Below, in pieces: positions 38,905 through 48,016 of a stretch of DNA of 64,000 nucleotides (position 1 is its first letter; the number at the start of each line of letters is the position of its first letter). The notes under the pieces are model-generated. The model was not told the origin of the DNA, did no database searches, and saw only the letters and a program-made list of their open reading frames with translations. Made by a program: the position numbers and the translations under genes. The DNA lies in contig SORT01000006.1 of the NCBI GenBank assembly GCA_004402895.1, forward strand, positions 3,995-67,994, read 5' to 3'. Source of the stretch: Fidelibacterota bacterium MT.SAG.3 (lineage in GTDB: Bacteria > Fidelibacterota > SORT01).

Positions 38905-39693
38905 ATGATAAAATTATATCAAATATTTTCCCTGACTGTTATCCTGTTAGTCTCTGCATGTGGTTCCGGAAAAAATGAGGAGCTGAAACCTGTAGAAGTC
39001 AGGTTCGAAACGGGCAAAGAGTACTATGATAAGGGCAAATATCATAAAGCTATAGCAGAATTAAAGTTTGTGACATTTAACGCTCCGGGTAGTGAGATCG
39101 GGGATGACGCCCAGTTTTATCTGGCGAATGCACACTTCGAGCTGAAAGAATATATCATTGCAATATCCGAATTTGAACGTTTATTGCGAATTCATCCGGA
39201 GAGTCCTTTTTTGGAGGAAGGAGAATATAAAAGAGCGCTTTGCTTCGACATAATGTCTCCATCTTCGCATCATGACCAAACCAACACACTGAAAGCGTTA
39301 GATGCTTATCAAGAGTATATAGAGAATTGGCCCGAAAGCGAATACAAGGTGAAAGCCGAATCAAGGCTCGACCTCTTGCGGTTCAAATTAGCGAAGAAAT
39401 TATTTGATAACGGCAAACAATATCAGAAACTTGGTGAATGTGTATCTTCAGCCATCTACATGCGACAACTCCTTGAAAAGTATTATGACAGCGACTTAGC
39501 GCCGGAGGCGAGGTGGCGGCTAGCTGAATGTGAAATAAAATTGAAAAATTGGGATTCTGCGCTGGAAGTTCTTGTTGATATACTCAAGCGTGATGAAAAG
39601 GCTGAATTCGTGGCAAAGGCAAAAAAAGCCATCAGAACAGTAAAGGCAAAAGTTGACGAAAAATCCAATCAAGCTCTTGTTGATGACAAATGA
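38905..39693 (+). CDS. bamD: outer membrane protein assembly factor BamD (YfiO-like TPR lipoprotein)
   Basis: Lipobox LLVSACGS. TPR-like repeats with FETGKEYYDKGKYHKAI, AQFYLANAHFELKEY, WPESEY. Start taken at ATG 38905. Confidence 0.7.
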   Translation: MIKLYQIFSLTVILLVSACGSGKNEELKPVEVRFETGKEYYDKGKYHKAIAELKFVTFNAPGSEIGDDAQFYLANAHFELKEYIIAISEFERLLRIHPESPFLEEGEYKRALCFDIMSPSSHHDQTNTLKALDAYQEYIENWPESEYKVKAESRLDLLRFKLAKKLFDNGKQYQKLGECVSSAIYMRQLLEKYYDSDLAPEARWRLAECEIKLKNWDSALEVLVDILKRDEKAEFVAKAKKAIRTVKAKVDEKSNQALVDDK

Positions 39694-39742
39694 TCAGCTA
39701 ATAACGCGAACGCGTTTCCGCAGAGATTCTCGATAATTCCAT

Positions 39743-40330
39743 ATGCGGCTGGGAATATTCGGCGGCACGTTCGATCCACCACACAATGGACATCTGCGGC
39801 TTGCCCGGTTTGTACTTGAAAAGAAATCTCTCGATAAGCTTATATTCGTAACTGCATTTATAACTCCCTATACGGATAAAACACCTTCCGTATCTTTTGA
39901 AAACAGGTTCAGAATGACCCAACTGATGGCAGAAAATTCAGCTGATTTTGAAGCGAGTGATGTGGAAAAAGTTAGGGGCGGAGATTCCTTCACTATTGAC
40001 ACGGTTAGGCAGTTCAAGAAGCTGTACTCGCTCGAGGCAGATCAACTCTTTCTCATCATCGGCGCCGACAGTTTAATTCGGTTCGATGAATGGAAAACAC
40101 CTGATGCTATTCTTAATGAATGTTCGGTATGTGTGCTTGATCGCGCTGAAGTGAAGAGTGAGAATATAAACAAACGATTCATCGATAAGATAGAATTTCT
40201 TGACAACGAACTTATGACAGAATCGTCCAGCGATATCAGGAATAGAATTCGGGAAGACAGAAGTGTGGATGAATTTCTTGACAGCAAGGTGATCAACTAC
40301 GTTTCTGAAAAGAAATTGTACATTAATTAA
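39743..40330 (+). CDS. nadD: nicotinate-nucleotide adenylyltransferase
   Basis: GIFGGTFDPPHNGH nucleotidyltransferase motif, SSSDIRNRI near the C-terminus. Confidence 0.9.
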   Translation: MRLGIFGGTFDPPHNGHLRLARFVLEKKSLDKLIFVTAFITPYTDKTPSVSFENRFRMTQLMAENSADFEASDVEKVRGGDSFTIDTVRQFKKLYSLEADQLFLIIGADSLIRFDEWKTPDAILNECSVCVLDRAEVKSENINKRFIDKIEFLDNELMTESSSDIRNRIREDRSVDEFLDSKVINYVSEKKLYIN

Positions 40331-40453
40331 TTGAATAGTCGCTTTTGCGATAGGAGTTTCTCGATAAAAATTGTGACTCGCACATATTTCCATCGTAAAT
40401 CATTAATAAATTGACTGGTAAAATAAATCGGATATTGATAAATTCAATTCTTC

Positions 40454-40527
40454 GCCCATGTAGCTCAGTAGGATAGAGCGCCGGTTTCCTAAACCGGAGG
40501 TCGCAGGTTCGAATCCTGCCATGGGTA
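40454..40527 (+). tRNA. tRNA-Arg (anticodon CCT)
   Basis: Cloverleaf by hand. Acceptor GCCCATG/CATGGGT (G1-U72). D stem GCTC/GAGC. Anticodon stem CCGGT/ACCGG with loop TTCCTAA. T arm GCAGG-TTCGAAT-CCTGC. No encoded CCA. Confidence 0.9.
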
Positions 40528-40556
40528 CATTATCGAATAATAATAGGACATAAATA

Positions 40557-40925
40557 ATGGCTAAAACATTTCTAATTGTAGCAGCAGTTTTCGGATTCCT
40601 CGGTGTTGCATTCGGAGCATTCGGAGCTCATGCTCTTAAAGATAAATTAACTCCTCAGCTGCTTGAGACATTTGAGACCGGTGTAAGGTACCAGATGTAC
40701 CACGTATTTGCTATAGCCGTGGTAGCTCTGGCAATGTCACATTGGCGAATGGGATTGCTCAACGTAAGCGGTTGGCTGTTCGTTGCGGGAATAATAATCT
40801 TCTCCGGGAGTCTATATATACTTGCCCTTACAGGACAAAAGATGTGGGGAGCCGTGACGCCGTTTGGCGGGCTGGCTCTGCTTGCAGGTTGGGTGACGCT
40901 TGCGATAGGAATTTATAAATCCTAA
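40557..40925 (+). CDS. DUF423 family membrane protein
   Basis: 122 aa, 4 TM segments, GAFGAHAL motif. Confidence 0.75.
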   Translation: MAKTFLIVAAVFGFLGVAFGAFGAHALKDKLTPQLLETFETGVRYQMYHVFAIAVVALAMSHWRMGLLNVSGWLFVAGIIIFSGSLYILALTGQKMWGAVTPFGGLALLAGWVTLAIGIYKS

Positions 40926-40940
40926 AAAAATCGTGAAAAG

Positions 40941-41615
40941 ATGATAAGTTTGGCAAATGTATCAGCGCGATTTTCCAATGTCATAGGTGTTGAGGGTATA
41001 ACCTTGGATATCGATAAGGGTGAGTTTGTTTGTATCACCGGTCCGACAGGCGCGGGAAAATCCACAATTCTCAAACTGTTGTACATGGAGATCAAGCCGA
41101 GTTCCGGCAGGGTCACGGTGGAGGAATTTGATTCGGGCTCTATCACGCGGAAACAGATTCCGTATCTTCGGCGTAAGGTGGGGATGATATTTCAGGATTT
41201 TAAATTGTTGAATGACAGGAATGTGTACGATAATATCGCTTTTGCGCTTCGGGCAACAGGTTATAAACGGGGGGATGTGAAAAAGATGACGGCGAGAGTG
41301 CTTGCTCAGGTAGACCTGAATCATCGCCGCTATCATTTGCCGGATCAGCTTTCTGGTGGCGAGCAACAGCGTGTCGCTATTGCAAGAGCATTGGTTGTGG
41401 AACCTTATGTGATCCTTGCCGATGAACCGACCGGAAATCTCGATCCAGAAAGTTCTAAATCAATTTTGGACATTCTAATTAGTATTCAGCGGCAAGGCAC
41501 CTCGGTTGTCTTGGCTACACACGATTACAACATGATAAAGGGGATGGGCTTTCGTCGTATACATCTCGTAGACGGTAAAGTTATAGAGGATTCAATGGAT
41601 GAGCCGGCAGAATGA
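40941..41615 (+). CDS. ftsE: cell division ATP-binding protein FtsE
   Basis: Walker A GPTGAGKST, LSGGEQQRVAIARAL, ILADEPTGNLD. Followed by an FtsX-type permease. Confidence 0.85.
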   Translation: MISLANVSARFSNVIGVEGITLDIDKGEFVCITGPTGAGKSTILKLLYMEIKPSSGRVTVEEFDSGSITRKQIPYLRRKVGMIFQDFKLLNDRNVYDNIAFALRATGYKRGDVKKMTARVLAQVDLNHRRYHLPDQLSGGEQQRVAIARALVVEPYVILADEPTGNLDPESSKSILDILISIQRQGTSVVLATHDYNMIKGMGFRRIHLVDGKVIEDSMDEPAE

Positions 41616-42487
41616 GTTTCTTCTTTTCACTTAGCGAAGGGCTGAAAAATCTTCGGAGAGTAAGGGGCGCAGCCATTCTTGCTGTCCTGATACTTTCATT
41701 GGCAATCGCAACAGTAGGTACTGCTGCCGTGGTCGGGTGGAACGGACAAAAATTCATTAAATTTCTTCGTTCACAATTCGACCTAACAGTTTTTGTTCAA
41801 TTGGATACAGCTGATGACGTTGTGATCCAATTGGCAAAGGATATCGGTAAGATAGAGGGTGTGCGGGATCTGACTTACATTTCTCCTGCGCAAGCAGCTC
41901 GAAAATTTGAAAAAGAATTTGGCGAAAACGTAATGACAATATTGGGAACAAATCCCTTCCCGGCATCATTTATCGTAAGAGTATTACCGCAATTCGGCAC
42001 AGCAGTGGACGCATCTTATATCGCAAGCAGAATCGCGAATTTGAAAAATATCGAAGAGGTGCGTTACCGGAAAAGTCTCTTAGTGATCGTGGACAAATAT
42101 ATTAAAATTCTCATCGGCGCCGCAATGGTAGTAGGATTCATAGTACTCTTTGCGGCAATACTGATTTCATCTTACACTATAAAGCTCGCAATCTTCGCAA
42201 AGCGTGATCTGATCTGGACGATGCGATTGGTGGGAGCAACGGATAGTTTCATAAGACGGCCATTTGTGGTTGAGGGTATGGTGGAGGGCTTGTTGGCGGG
42301 AATAGTAGCCATTGGAATTCTTGAAGTGGCATATAGAGCAGCCGGATTCGTTCTGAGAGGGTATCTGCCGCTGCATCGGATTGAGATAAACAATGAGATC
42401 TATTTAGGAATGCTGCTTTTCGGTCTTTTTCTCGGATGGTTCAGCAGTAATATATCTGTCAGGAAGTACCTCAGAGAGAAGATGTAA
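41612..42487 (+). CDS. ftsX: cell division permease-like protein FtsX
   Basis: N-terminal TM, periplasmic domain, three C-terminal TM segments. 4-nt overlap with ftsE. Confidence 0.8.
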   Translation: MSFFFSLSEGLKNLRRVRGAAILAVLILSLAIATVGTAAVVGWNGQKFIKFLRSQFDLTVFVQLDTADDVVIQLAKDIGKIEGVRDLTYISPAQAARKFEKEFGENVMTILGTNPFPASFIVRVLPQFGTAVDASYIASRIANLKNIEEVRYRKSLLVIVDKYIKILIGAAMVVGFIVLFAAILISSYTIKLAIFAKRDLIWTMRLVGATDSFIRRPFVVEGMVEGLLAGIVAIGILEVAYRAAGFVLRGYLPLHRIEINNEIYLGMLLFGLFLGWFSSNISVRKYLREKM

Positions 42488-42563
42488 TTAGTATTCCTTC
42501 TAAACACATACCATAAAATATCTCAAAACACTATCTAAACAGCTAATTTTCCTATATTTTATC

Positions 42564-42592
42564 TTGACTGAAAGTGGATTGTAGTATACTTT
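42564..42592 (+). promoter_or_regulatory. sigma-70-like promoter upstream of hrcA
   Basis: TTGACT (42564-42569), then 17 nt to TACTTT (42587-42592) or 15 nt to TATACT (42585-42590). Confidence 0.4.
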
Positions 42593-42624
42593 TTAAGGTT
42601 AAATAGAAAAGGTATGACTAAAAG

Positions 42625-43650
42625 ATGAATGAGCTGAACAAAAGAGAAGAAAATATACTAAAGGCAATTATCGGAGAATTTATTTCTTCGGCTTCGCCGG
42701 TAGGCTCAAACACTCTTAAAAAGAGAAGGAATATAAAATTTAGCCCGGCTACCATTCGGCATGTCATGAACGATCTTGAGGAGACAGGGTATCTATCCCA
42801 TCCTCATACTTCTGCTGGAAGAGTTCCGACGAGTAAGGGGTACAGATTTTATGTAGACCTTCTTGATCCGGGAAAAGAACTGAGTATGCGGGAGCAGGAA
42901 GAGATTTCGGATTCTTTACGCCCTTATGCGATTGATATTGAATCGCTGCTATCTACCGCAAGCAGGCTTTTGGGAGAATTTACATCTGACCTCGGCATTG
43001 CCATTGCACCATTTATTTTAGAGGGTGAGCTGACTCGGATAAATCTTTTTTCGGTCTCAAGTCAAACGGTTATGCTCGTACTGCAACTTAACGAGGGATT
43101 TGCCAAGACCATAGTATTGGAAATACGCTCTTCTATCCCTACAGAAGCATTGGACGTAATATCTACAAAACTCAACGAAAAACTTTCGGGACTTTCACTC
43201 AAGGAGATTCGGAAAAGTATTTCTATGCGGTGCAGCGATCTGACGAATGAAAGTTCAGGTATTGTCCGTATGTTGATAGACTCCGCCGATAGAGTTTTCG
43301 ATTTTAGTGAAAATGAAAAGATAACGTTTAGTGGTTCGGCGAATATAATGTCGAAACCCGAATTCGCGGATCCTAAGAGAATGAAAAGCTTATTGAGCGT
43401 GATCGAAAATGAAAAAAACCTAATTAAACGGATTCAGGAATCATCAAGTAAGAAAGGCGTGAGTGTCATAATCGGAGATGAATTGGATGATCCCGATATG
43501 TCCGAACTCAGCTTTGTAACGTCGCCCTATAATTTCGGAAATCAAATGGGTATAATAGCGGTTGTAGGTCCTTTAAGGATGCATTATGAGAAGGCGATGA
43601 CTATCGTTGTGCATACGGCAAATACACTATCACATACTTTGTCCAACTGA
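42625..43650 (+). CDS. hrcA: heat-inducible transcription repressor HrcA
   Basis: LNKREENILKAIIGEFISSASPVGSNTL...SPATIRHVMNDLEETGYL...HTSAGRVPT is the canonical HrcA N-terminus. Confidence 0.9.
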   Translation: MNELNKREENILKAIIGEFISSASPVGSNTLKKRRNIKFSPATIRHVMNDLEETGYLSHPHTSAGRVPTSKGYRFYVDLLDPGKELSMREQEEISDSLRPYAIDIESLLSTASRLLGEFTSDLGIAIAPFILEGELTRINLFSVSSQTVMLVLQLNEGFAKTIVLEIRSSIPTEALDVISTKLNEKLSGLSLKEIRKSISMRCSDLTNESSGIVRMLIDSADRVFDFSENEKITFSGSANIMSKPEFADPKRMKSLLSVIENEKNLIKRIQESSSKKGVSVIIGDELDDPDMSELSFVTSPYNFGNQMGIIAVVGPLRMHYEKAMTIVVHTANTLSHTLSN

Positions 43651-43651
43651 A

Positions 43652-44215
43652 ATGAGGGATGAAATCGCAGATTTGACGGAAAAGGAACTTGATATCGAGA
43701 TAATTGAAGAAAGTGCTGAAACGAACAGAGCGCAGAACAAAAAACCAAAGAAGAAAAAACCGCTGACAAAGCTTCAACAGGCACAAAATGATATTAAAGA
43801 GCTGAATGATAAAGATCTCAGGCGGTTAGCGGAATTTGAAAATTATAAAAAAAGAACGCTAAGAGAGACACAGCGAGCCCTAATACGGGTAGAAGACAGC
43901 GCTGTAGCATCTTTCTTGCCGCTTTTGGACGATATTCAACGGACTCTGCTCTCTGCAAGGGAGCATAAAGCAGACGATTCGTTCATTTCAGGTATAGAAT
44001 TGATAAAGGATAATTTTGAAAATATATTGGAAAGTAGAGGGGTTTCCGCCATTGAAACAGTTGGGGAAGAATTCGATCCTGAATTTCATGAGGCGATGTT
44101 GGTGAGTAATGATGCTAAGCAAAAAAATAACATTATCCTTGAAGAATTGGAAAAGGGCTACAAGCATAATGACAGAGTGTTACGCCACGCAAAAGTAAAG
44201 GTAAACAAAATTTAA
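43652..44215 (+). CDS. grpE: nucleotide exchange factor GrpE
   Basis: ATG at 43652, just after the hrcA stop. RRLAEFENYKKRTLRE, then the C-terminal FDPEFHEAM...KGYKHNDRVLRHAKV. Confidence 0.9.
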   Translation: MRDEIADLTEKELDIEIIEESAETNRAQNKKPKKKKPLTKLQQAQNDIKELNDKDLRRLAEFENYKKRTLRETQRALIRVEDSAVASFLPLLDDIQRTLLSAREHKADDSFISGIELIKDNFENILESRGVSAIETVGEEFDPEFHEAMLVSNDAKQKNNIILEELEKGYKHNDRVLRHAKVKVNKI

Positions 44216-44216
44216 T

Positions 44217-45368
44217 ATGGCTAAGGATTACTACGCCATACTTGAAGTGGACCGTTCCGCCACTGAAAATGAGATAAAAAAAGCTTATAGAAAGCTCGCC
44301 ATGAAATTTCATCCCGACAGGAATGCGGGAGATAAAACTGCGGAAAAGGAGTTTAAAGCCATTTCTCATGCATATTCGGTGCTCGCTGACCGCGAAAAAA
44401 GAGCCAGATACGACCAATTCGGAGAAGCCGGAGTGAAAGGTGGTGGTGGTGGATTTGATCCATTTGCGGGAGATGCTTTTGATCTGTCAGACGCTTTAAG
44501 AACATTTATGGAGCAGGGTTTTGGCGGCATGGGCGGTTTCGACGATTCGTTTGGGTCTCCTCGAAGAAGAGGAGGTCAGCGGCTAAGGGGGAGTAACCTG
44601 AAGTTGACTCTTGAGGTTACGCTTGAAGAGGTATTTTCAGGTGTTGAGAAGAAATTGAAGATCAAAAGATACGAAAATTGCGAAGTATGCCACGGCGAAG
44701 GAGCAGAACCGGGAAGCAGTAAAAAAACATGTCCAGTATGTCAGGGACAAGGACAGATCAGGCAGGTATCCCGTTCACTATTCGGTCAATTCATCAATGT
44801 TCAGTCATGTTCGAATTGTAATGGTGAAGGGCAGATAATAGATCTTCTCTGTAAAAGTTGTGGAGGAAGCGGCAGAAAAAGAGTGAGCAGAACAATTTCT
44901 GTCAACATACCTCAGGGAGTGGATACCGGTAATTATTTGACTCTCACAGGCGACGGAAATGCGGGCGAGCATGGAGCACCGCGAGGCGATCTAATTGTAT
45001 TTATTCAAATCAAAGACCATGAATACTTCGTCAGAGATAATCGCAATATTCTTATTGAGGTAAAAGTCACCTTTGCTCAAGCAGCGCTTGGAACTGAGAT
45101 AGAAGTTCCTACCATTACAGGTAAAGCGAATCTTAAGATCCCTGCGGGCATTCAGTCCGGTAAAATGTTGAGGATGAGAGGCAAGGGGCTGCCTGATATT
45201 CGCGGCAGCAGAAAAGGCGATCAATTAGTAAGGATACAAGTCTGGACGCCGTCCAAGCTCAGTAAAGAACAAAGAACGTTGTTAGAGAAATTAGAGAAAA
45301 GTAACGGTTCCGCACCTACTGAAAGGATAGGAAAGGGTTCATTTGCTAATTTATCGGCAGAAATTTGA
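44217..45368 (+). CDS. dnaJ: molecular chaperone DnaJ
   Basis: J domain KDYYAILEV...HPDRN, G/F-rich linker, four CxxCxGxG zinc motifs. Confidence 0.95.
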   Translation: MAKDYYAILEVDRSATENEIKKAYRKLAMKFHPDRNAGDKTAEKEFKAISHAYSVLADREKRARYDQFGEAGVKGGGGGFDPFAGDAFDLSDALRTFMEQGFGGMGGFDDSFGSPRRRGGQRLRGSNLKLTLEVTLEEVFSGVEKKLKIKRYENCEVCHGEGAEPGSSKKTCPVCQGQGQIRQVSRSLFGQFINVQSCSNCNGEGQIIDLLCKSCGGSGRKRVSRTISVNIPQGVDTGNYLTLTGDGNAGEHGAPRGDLIVFIQIKDHEYFVRDNRNILIEVKVTFAQAALGTEIEVPTITGKANLKIPAGIQSGKMLRMRGKGLPDIRGSRKGDQLVRIQVWTPSKLSKEQRTLLEKLEKSNGSAPTERIGKGSFANLSAEI

Positions 45369-45407
45369 CATTAATTTCAGCATAATAATTTTAAACGAAT
45401 CAACTAT

Positions 45408-45860
45408 TTGAAAAAACTTTTTACAGATAAAGAATCAGCAGCAATAAGCTTTTTAGCGGTGACATTCCTCTTAGGCATGGGTGTTGATTATTATAGGGAT
45501 AAAACTTTTGAAGAAGGGTTAGCCGGTTCGATCCCAAAATTAATTGCGGAAGATAAAAAGTTTAAAGAAGCTGCACTAATGCTTCAGTCAGATTATGACA
45601 TAGCTTCCAGCATAACAAAACTCAATGACGATGGGACGCTTCGTTCTATAATGCTAAACAAAGCCCCGATCGACGGATTAACGCTGCTGCCAGGTATCGG
45701 ACAGATAATTGCAGAGCGGATAATCAGCAGAAGAAATTCAATCGACTCTTTTAAATCTGTAGATGAACTGTTGAAAGTAAAGGGCATAGGAAAAATTAAA
45801 CTGAACAAAATCAGACCGTATATTATAATTGGAGATATGAATGAAAATACAAAGAACTAA
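45408..45860 (+). CDS. comEA: ComEA-like helix-hairpin-helix DNA-binding protein
   Basis: N-terminal TM. C-terminal tandem HhH (LLPGIGQIIAERII...ELLKVKGIGKIKLNKIRPY). TTG start. Confidence 0.7.
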   Translation: MKKLFTDKESAAISFLAVTFLLGMGVDYYRDKTFEEGLAGSIPKLIAEDKKFKEAALMLQSDYDIASSITKLNDDGTLRSIMLNKAPIDGLTLLPGIGQIIAERIISRRNSIDSFKSVDELLKVKGIGKIKLNKIRPYIIIGDMNENTKN

Positions 45861-45877
45861 TAAATTCAGGAGGAATT

Positions 45878-46999
45878 TTGATCAATCTCAAGCTTTACGA
45901 TAAAAAACTATCACCTTATTTCGATGCAGTTATTGCCGTACTTGCGGTGTTGTTCATCGCCGTATTATTTGTTCCGCAGTCTCTCTGGAGTGAAGAGGAT
46001 GCGCTGAGAGAGGAATGCAGAATTCGGATGGAAAATCTCTACGAACTCGAAATTGAATTTTATAGATTGGTCAATAGATTTCCTGAGTCACCCGAGGAAG
46101 CGCTGAAAATAGTGCAAATGGCGCTGGATTCGGTAAATGCAGACACGAGTTTCTATGGCGCCGAAACTCTCAGAGTTGATACTATGATATACGCAATAGA
46201 TACTCAAGGAGATTTGGCAGCAAGAGTTGATACCCTGATGAACCGGCCGATTAGCGAGGAACTGTTCAGCTGTCCGTTCGTTCATGAAAGGTACACGGTC
46301 GATATTGCGAATAACAGAACGATCTATATTGCTTGTCCCATCAGACAAGAATTAAATCCATTCAAAATCACACTGGTTGAGTCCGATGATTCCCTGAGAA
46401 GTTTATTCGCCGAAGTTATAAAAGAGAAAAATTATGAGATGAGGTTATTAGCCTCAATTCATGAAGTATTGCCCCTCCAGAAGGAATGGAGACCTGAACT
46501 GATAATAATAGATGACCGTACTATTAACGACGAAACTCTCGGAATAGTGGATCAGCTCTTCGATTACGACGAGGACGTTTTAGTTATCTTGATGATGCAG
46601 ATGGAACCGGCGCATACCGAATCAATGTCAGATTCAGCGGACAGTACCGAAATGATAGACAGTCTGCTTGTTGCCGACAGCACAGCTATATCAGATTCTT
46701 CAGCAATGGCTATGGATAGCGTTGGCGCGGCTGATGACACTAATATGATTGAGATAGAGGGAATTGCGGAAGTTGCAGAGAAAGTTGTAAGAAGATTACC
46801 GATCGTTTCGGGCACTGTTCCCTATTCATTTACGCTTGGTGATTTGAAGGACAAAATTGATGAATCAGTCCTTATCTCTCCCAGACGTTGGTTGAGAGAG
46901 GATTATTACAAGAGAAGGTATTTGGTTTTCACTATGGTGGACTCGATTCACGGATTTATCGATGATGGGGACAGATCCTGGCAGTCTGATGACCGTTAA
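45878..46999 (+). CDS. hypothetical membrane-anchored protein with receiver-like domain and acidic Ser/Asp-rich segment
   Basis: TTG start after AGGAGGA. N-terminal TM (AVIAVLAVLFIAVLFV). ITLVESDD...PELIIIDDRT resembles a receiver fold. No family recognised. Confidence 0.45.
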   Translation: MINLKLYDKKLSPYFDAVIAVLAVLFIAVLFVPQSLWSEEDALREECRIRMENLYELEIEFYRLVNRFPESPEEALKIVQMALDSVNADTSFYGAETLRVDTMIYAIDTQGDLAARVDTLMNRPISEELFSCPFVHERYTVDIANNRTIYIACPIRQELNPFKITLVESDDSLRSLFAEVIKEKNYEMRLLASIHEVLPLQKEWRPELIIIDDRTINDETLGIVDQLFDYDEDVLVILMMQMEPAHTESMSDSADSTEMIDSLLVADSTAISDSSAMAMDSVGAADDTNMIEIEGIAEVAEKVVRRLPIVSGTVPYSFTLGDLKDKIDESVLISPRRWLREDYYKRRYLVFTMVDSIHGFIDDGDRSWQSDDR

Positions 47000-47030
47000 A
47001 TTAGAATTCAACTTAAAAGGCTAATAAAGA

Positions 47031-48011
47031 TTGAACGATGAGAGCTATAATCAGCTGCCGAATCTCGGCATAACCGTTGAAGGCAATATCCTTCGTTCGG
47101 TGGAAGTCGCATATGAAGATAAGAGCGCTAAAGTTCTTGCCGTAAACGAAGTTGAAGCTTCAGACGATCTTTGGACAGCGATAAGTTCCGGCTCGGATGC
47201 CAAGGATAAGATACTTTCTTATCTTGAGCCGATCATCGAGGGATTACCCGGACGCCCGAATTCTATATCATTTACTTTGAATCGTTTATGGTCAGTGATA
47301 AGCGTTCATCATGTTGATTCAGGGCTTCCGGAGGACGAAAAAGATGAATTTGTAAAATGGGAAGCGTCAAAAAAATTCGGATATTCTTCAAATAAATATT
47401 TGATAGATATCTATCCTCTTACGGAAGAACTGCCCAAATATAACAAATATCTCTCTATTGCAATAGACAATAACATTATCGAGATGTTTCAATCCATAAG
47501 CTCAGCGGTTGATATCCCCGTGGAGTTTGTCGATGTGGATATCTTTGCAGGATTAAACAGTATATTATTTTCTTATCCTCAAGCCAGAACTGGAAAAGTT
47601 GCAATCGTGCGGCATAATAACGACATTTATTCAATCACAATGGTTAAGGACGGAGAGTTTACCGGAAACGCATTTTTCCATGTGGAGAGCGACGGTTCCA
47701 CCTACATGCTTGACAGAACGGAAAAGGATGCGGGGTTTGAAGATTTGATAACGTCTCTTTCCGCTAATAATAGCACCGATCCGTTAACTATCGTGGATAA
47801 GCTGTTTATATATAATGGGACTCAAAAGGGAGAGTTGCTTAACAATATTACTGCCCTTCACGATGCGGACAGGATTTTTGAGGTAGACCCATTTAAAGGA
47901 TTGGAACTACACGAAGAAATCCCGGAAGCGCTAATCAGCGAAAATTCAGGTCGTTTCACTGAGACTCTCGGCATGGCGATAAGACCTATAATTGAAGACG
48001 AGGTTTTTTAG
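47031..48011 (+). CDS. possible PilM-like (actin-fold) pilus assembly protein
   Basis: LGITVEGNILRSVEVAYE... resembles the PilM N-terminal strand pattern only weakly. Position upstream of a PilN-like gene. Confidence 0.35.
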   Translation: MNDESYNQLPNLGITVEGNILRSVEVAYEDKSAKVLAVNEVEASDDLWTAISSGSDAKDKILSYLEPIIEGLPGRPNSISFTLNRLWSVISVHHVDSGLPEDEKDEFVKWEASKKFGYSSNKYLIDIYPLTEELPKYNKYLSIAIDNNIIEMFQSISSAVDIPVEFVDVDIFAGLNSILFSYPQARTGKVAIVRHNNDIYSITMVKDGEFTGNAFFHVESDGSTYMLDRTEKDAGFEDLITSLSANNSTDPLTIVDKLFIYNGTQKGELLNNITALHDADRIFEVDPFKGLELHEEIPEALISENSGRFTETLGMAIRPIIEDEVF

Positions 48012-48016
48012 TTCTC

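Noticed and set aside
40374-40384. An 11-mer, TGACTCGCACA, shared upstream of both tRNA genes (also at 54427-54437), considered as a conserved tRNA promoter element.
   Set aside because: In 64 kb, hundreds of exact 11-mer coincidences are expected by chance. Only the overlap with a TTGAC-type -35 is meaningful, and that is already covered by ordinary promoter logic.
42488-42624. An expected CIRCE operator (TTAGCACTC-N9-GAGTGCTAA) upstream of hrcA-grpE-dnaJ.
   Set aside because: I read the whole spacer on both strands and found no CIRCE-like inverted repeat, only a TTGACT/-10 promoter. The operator is presumably at groESL or dnaK elsewhere.
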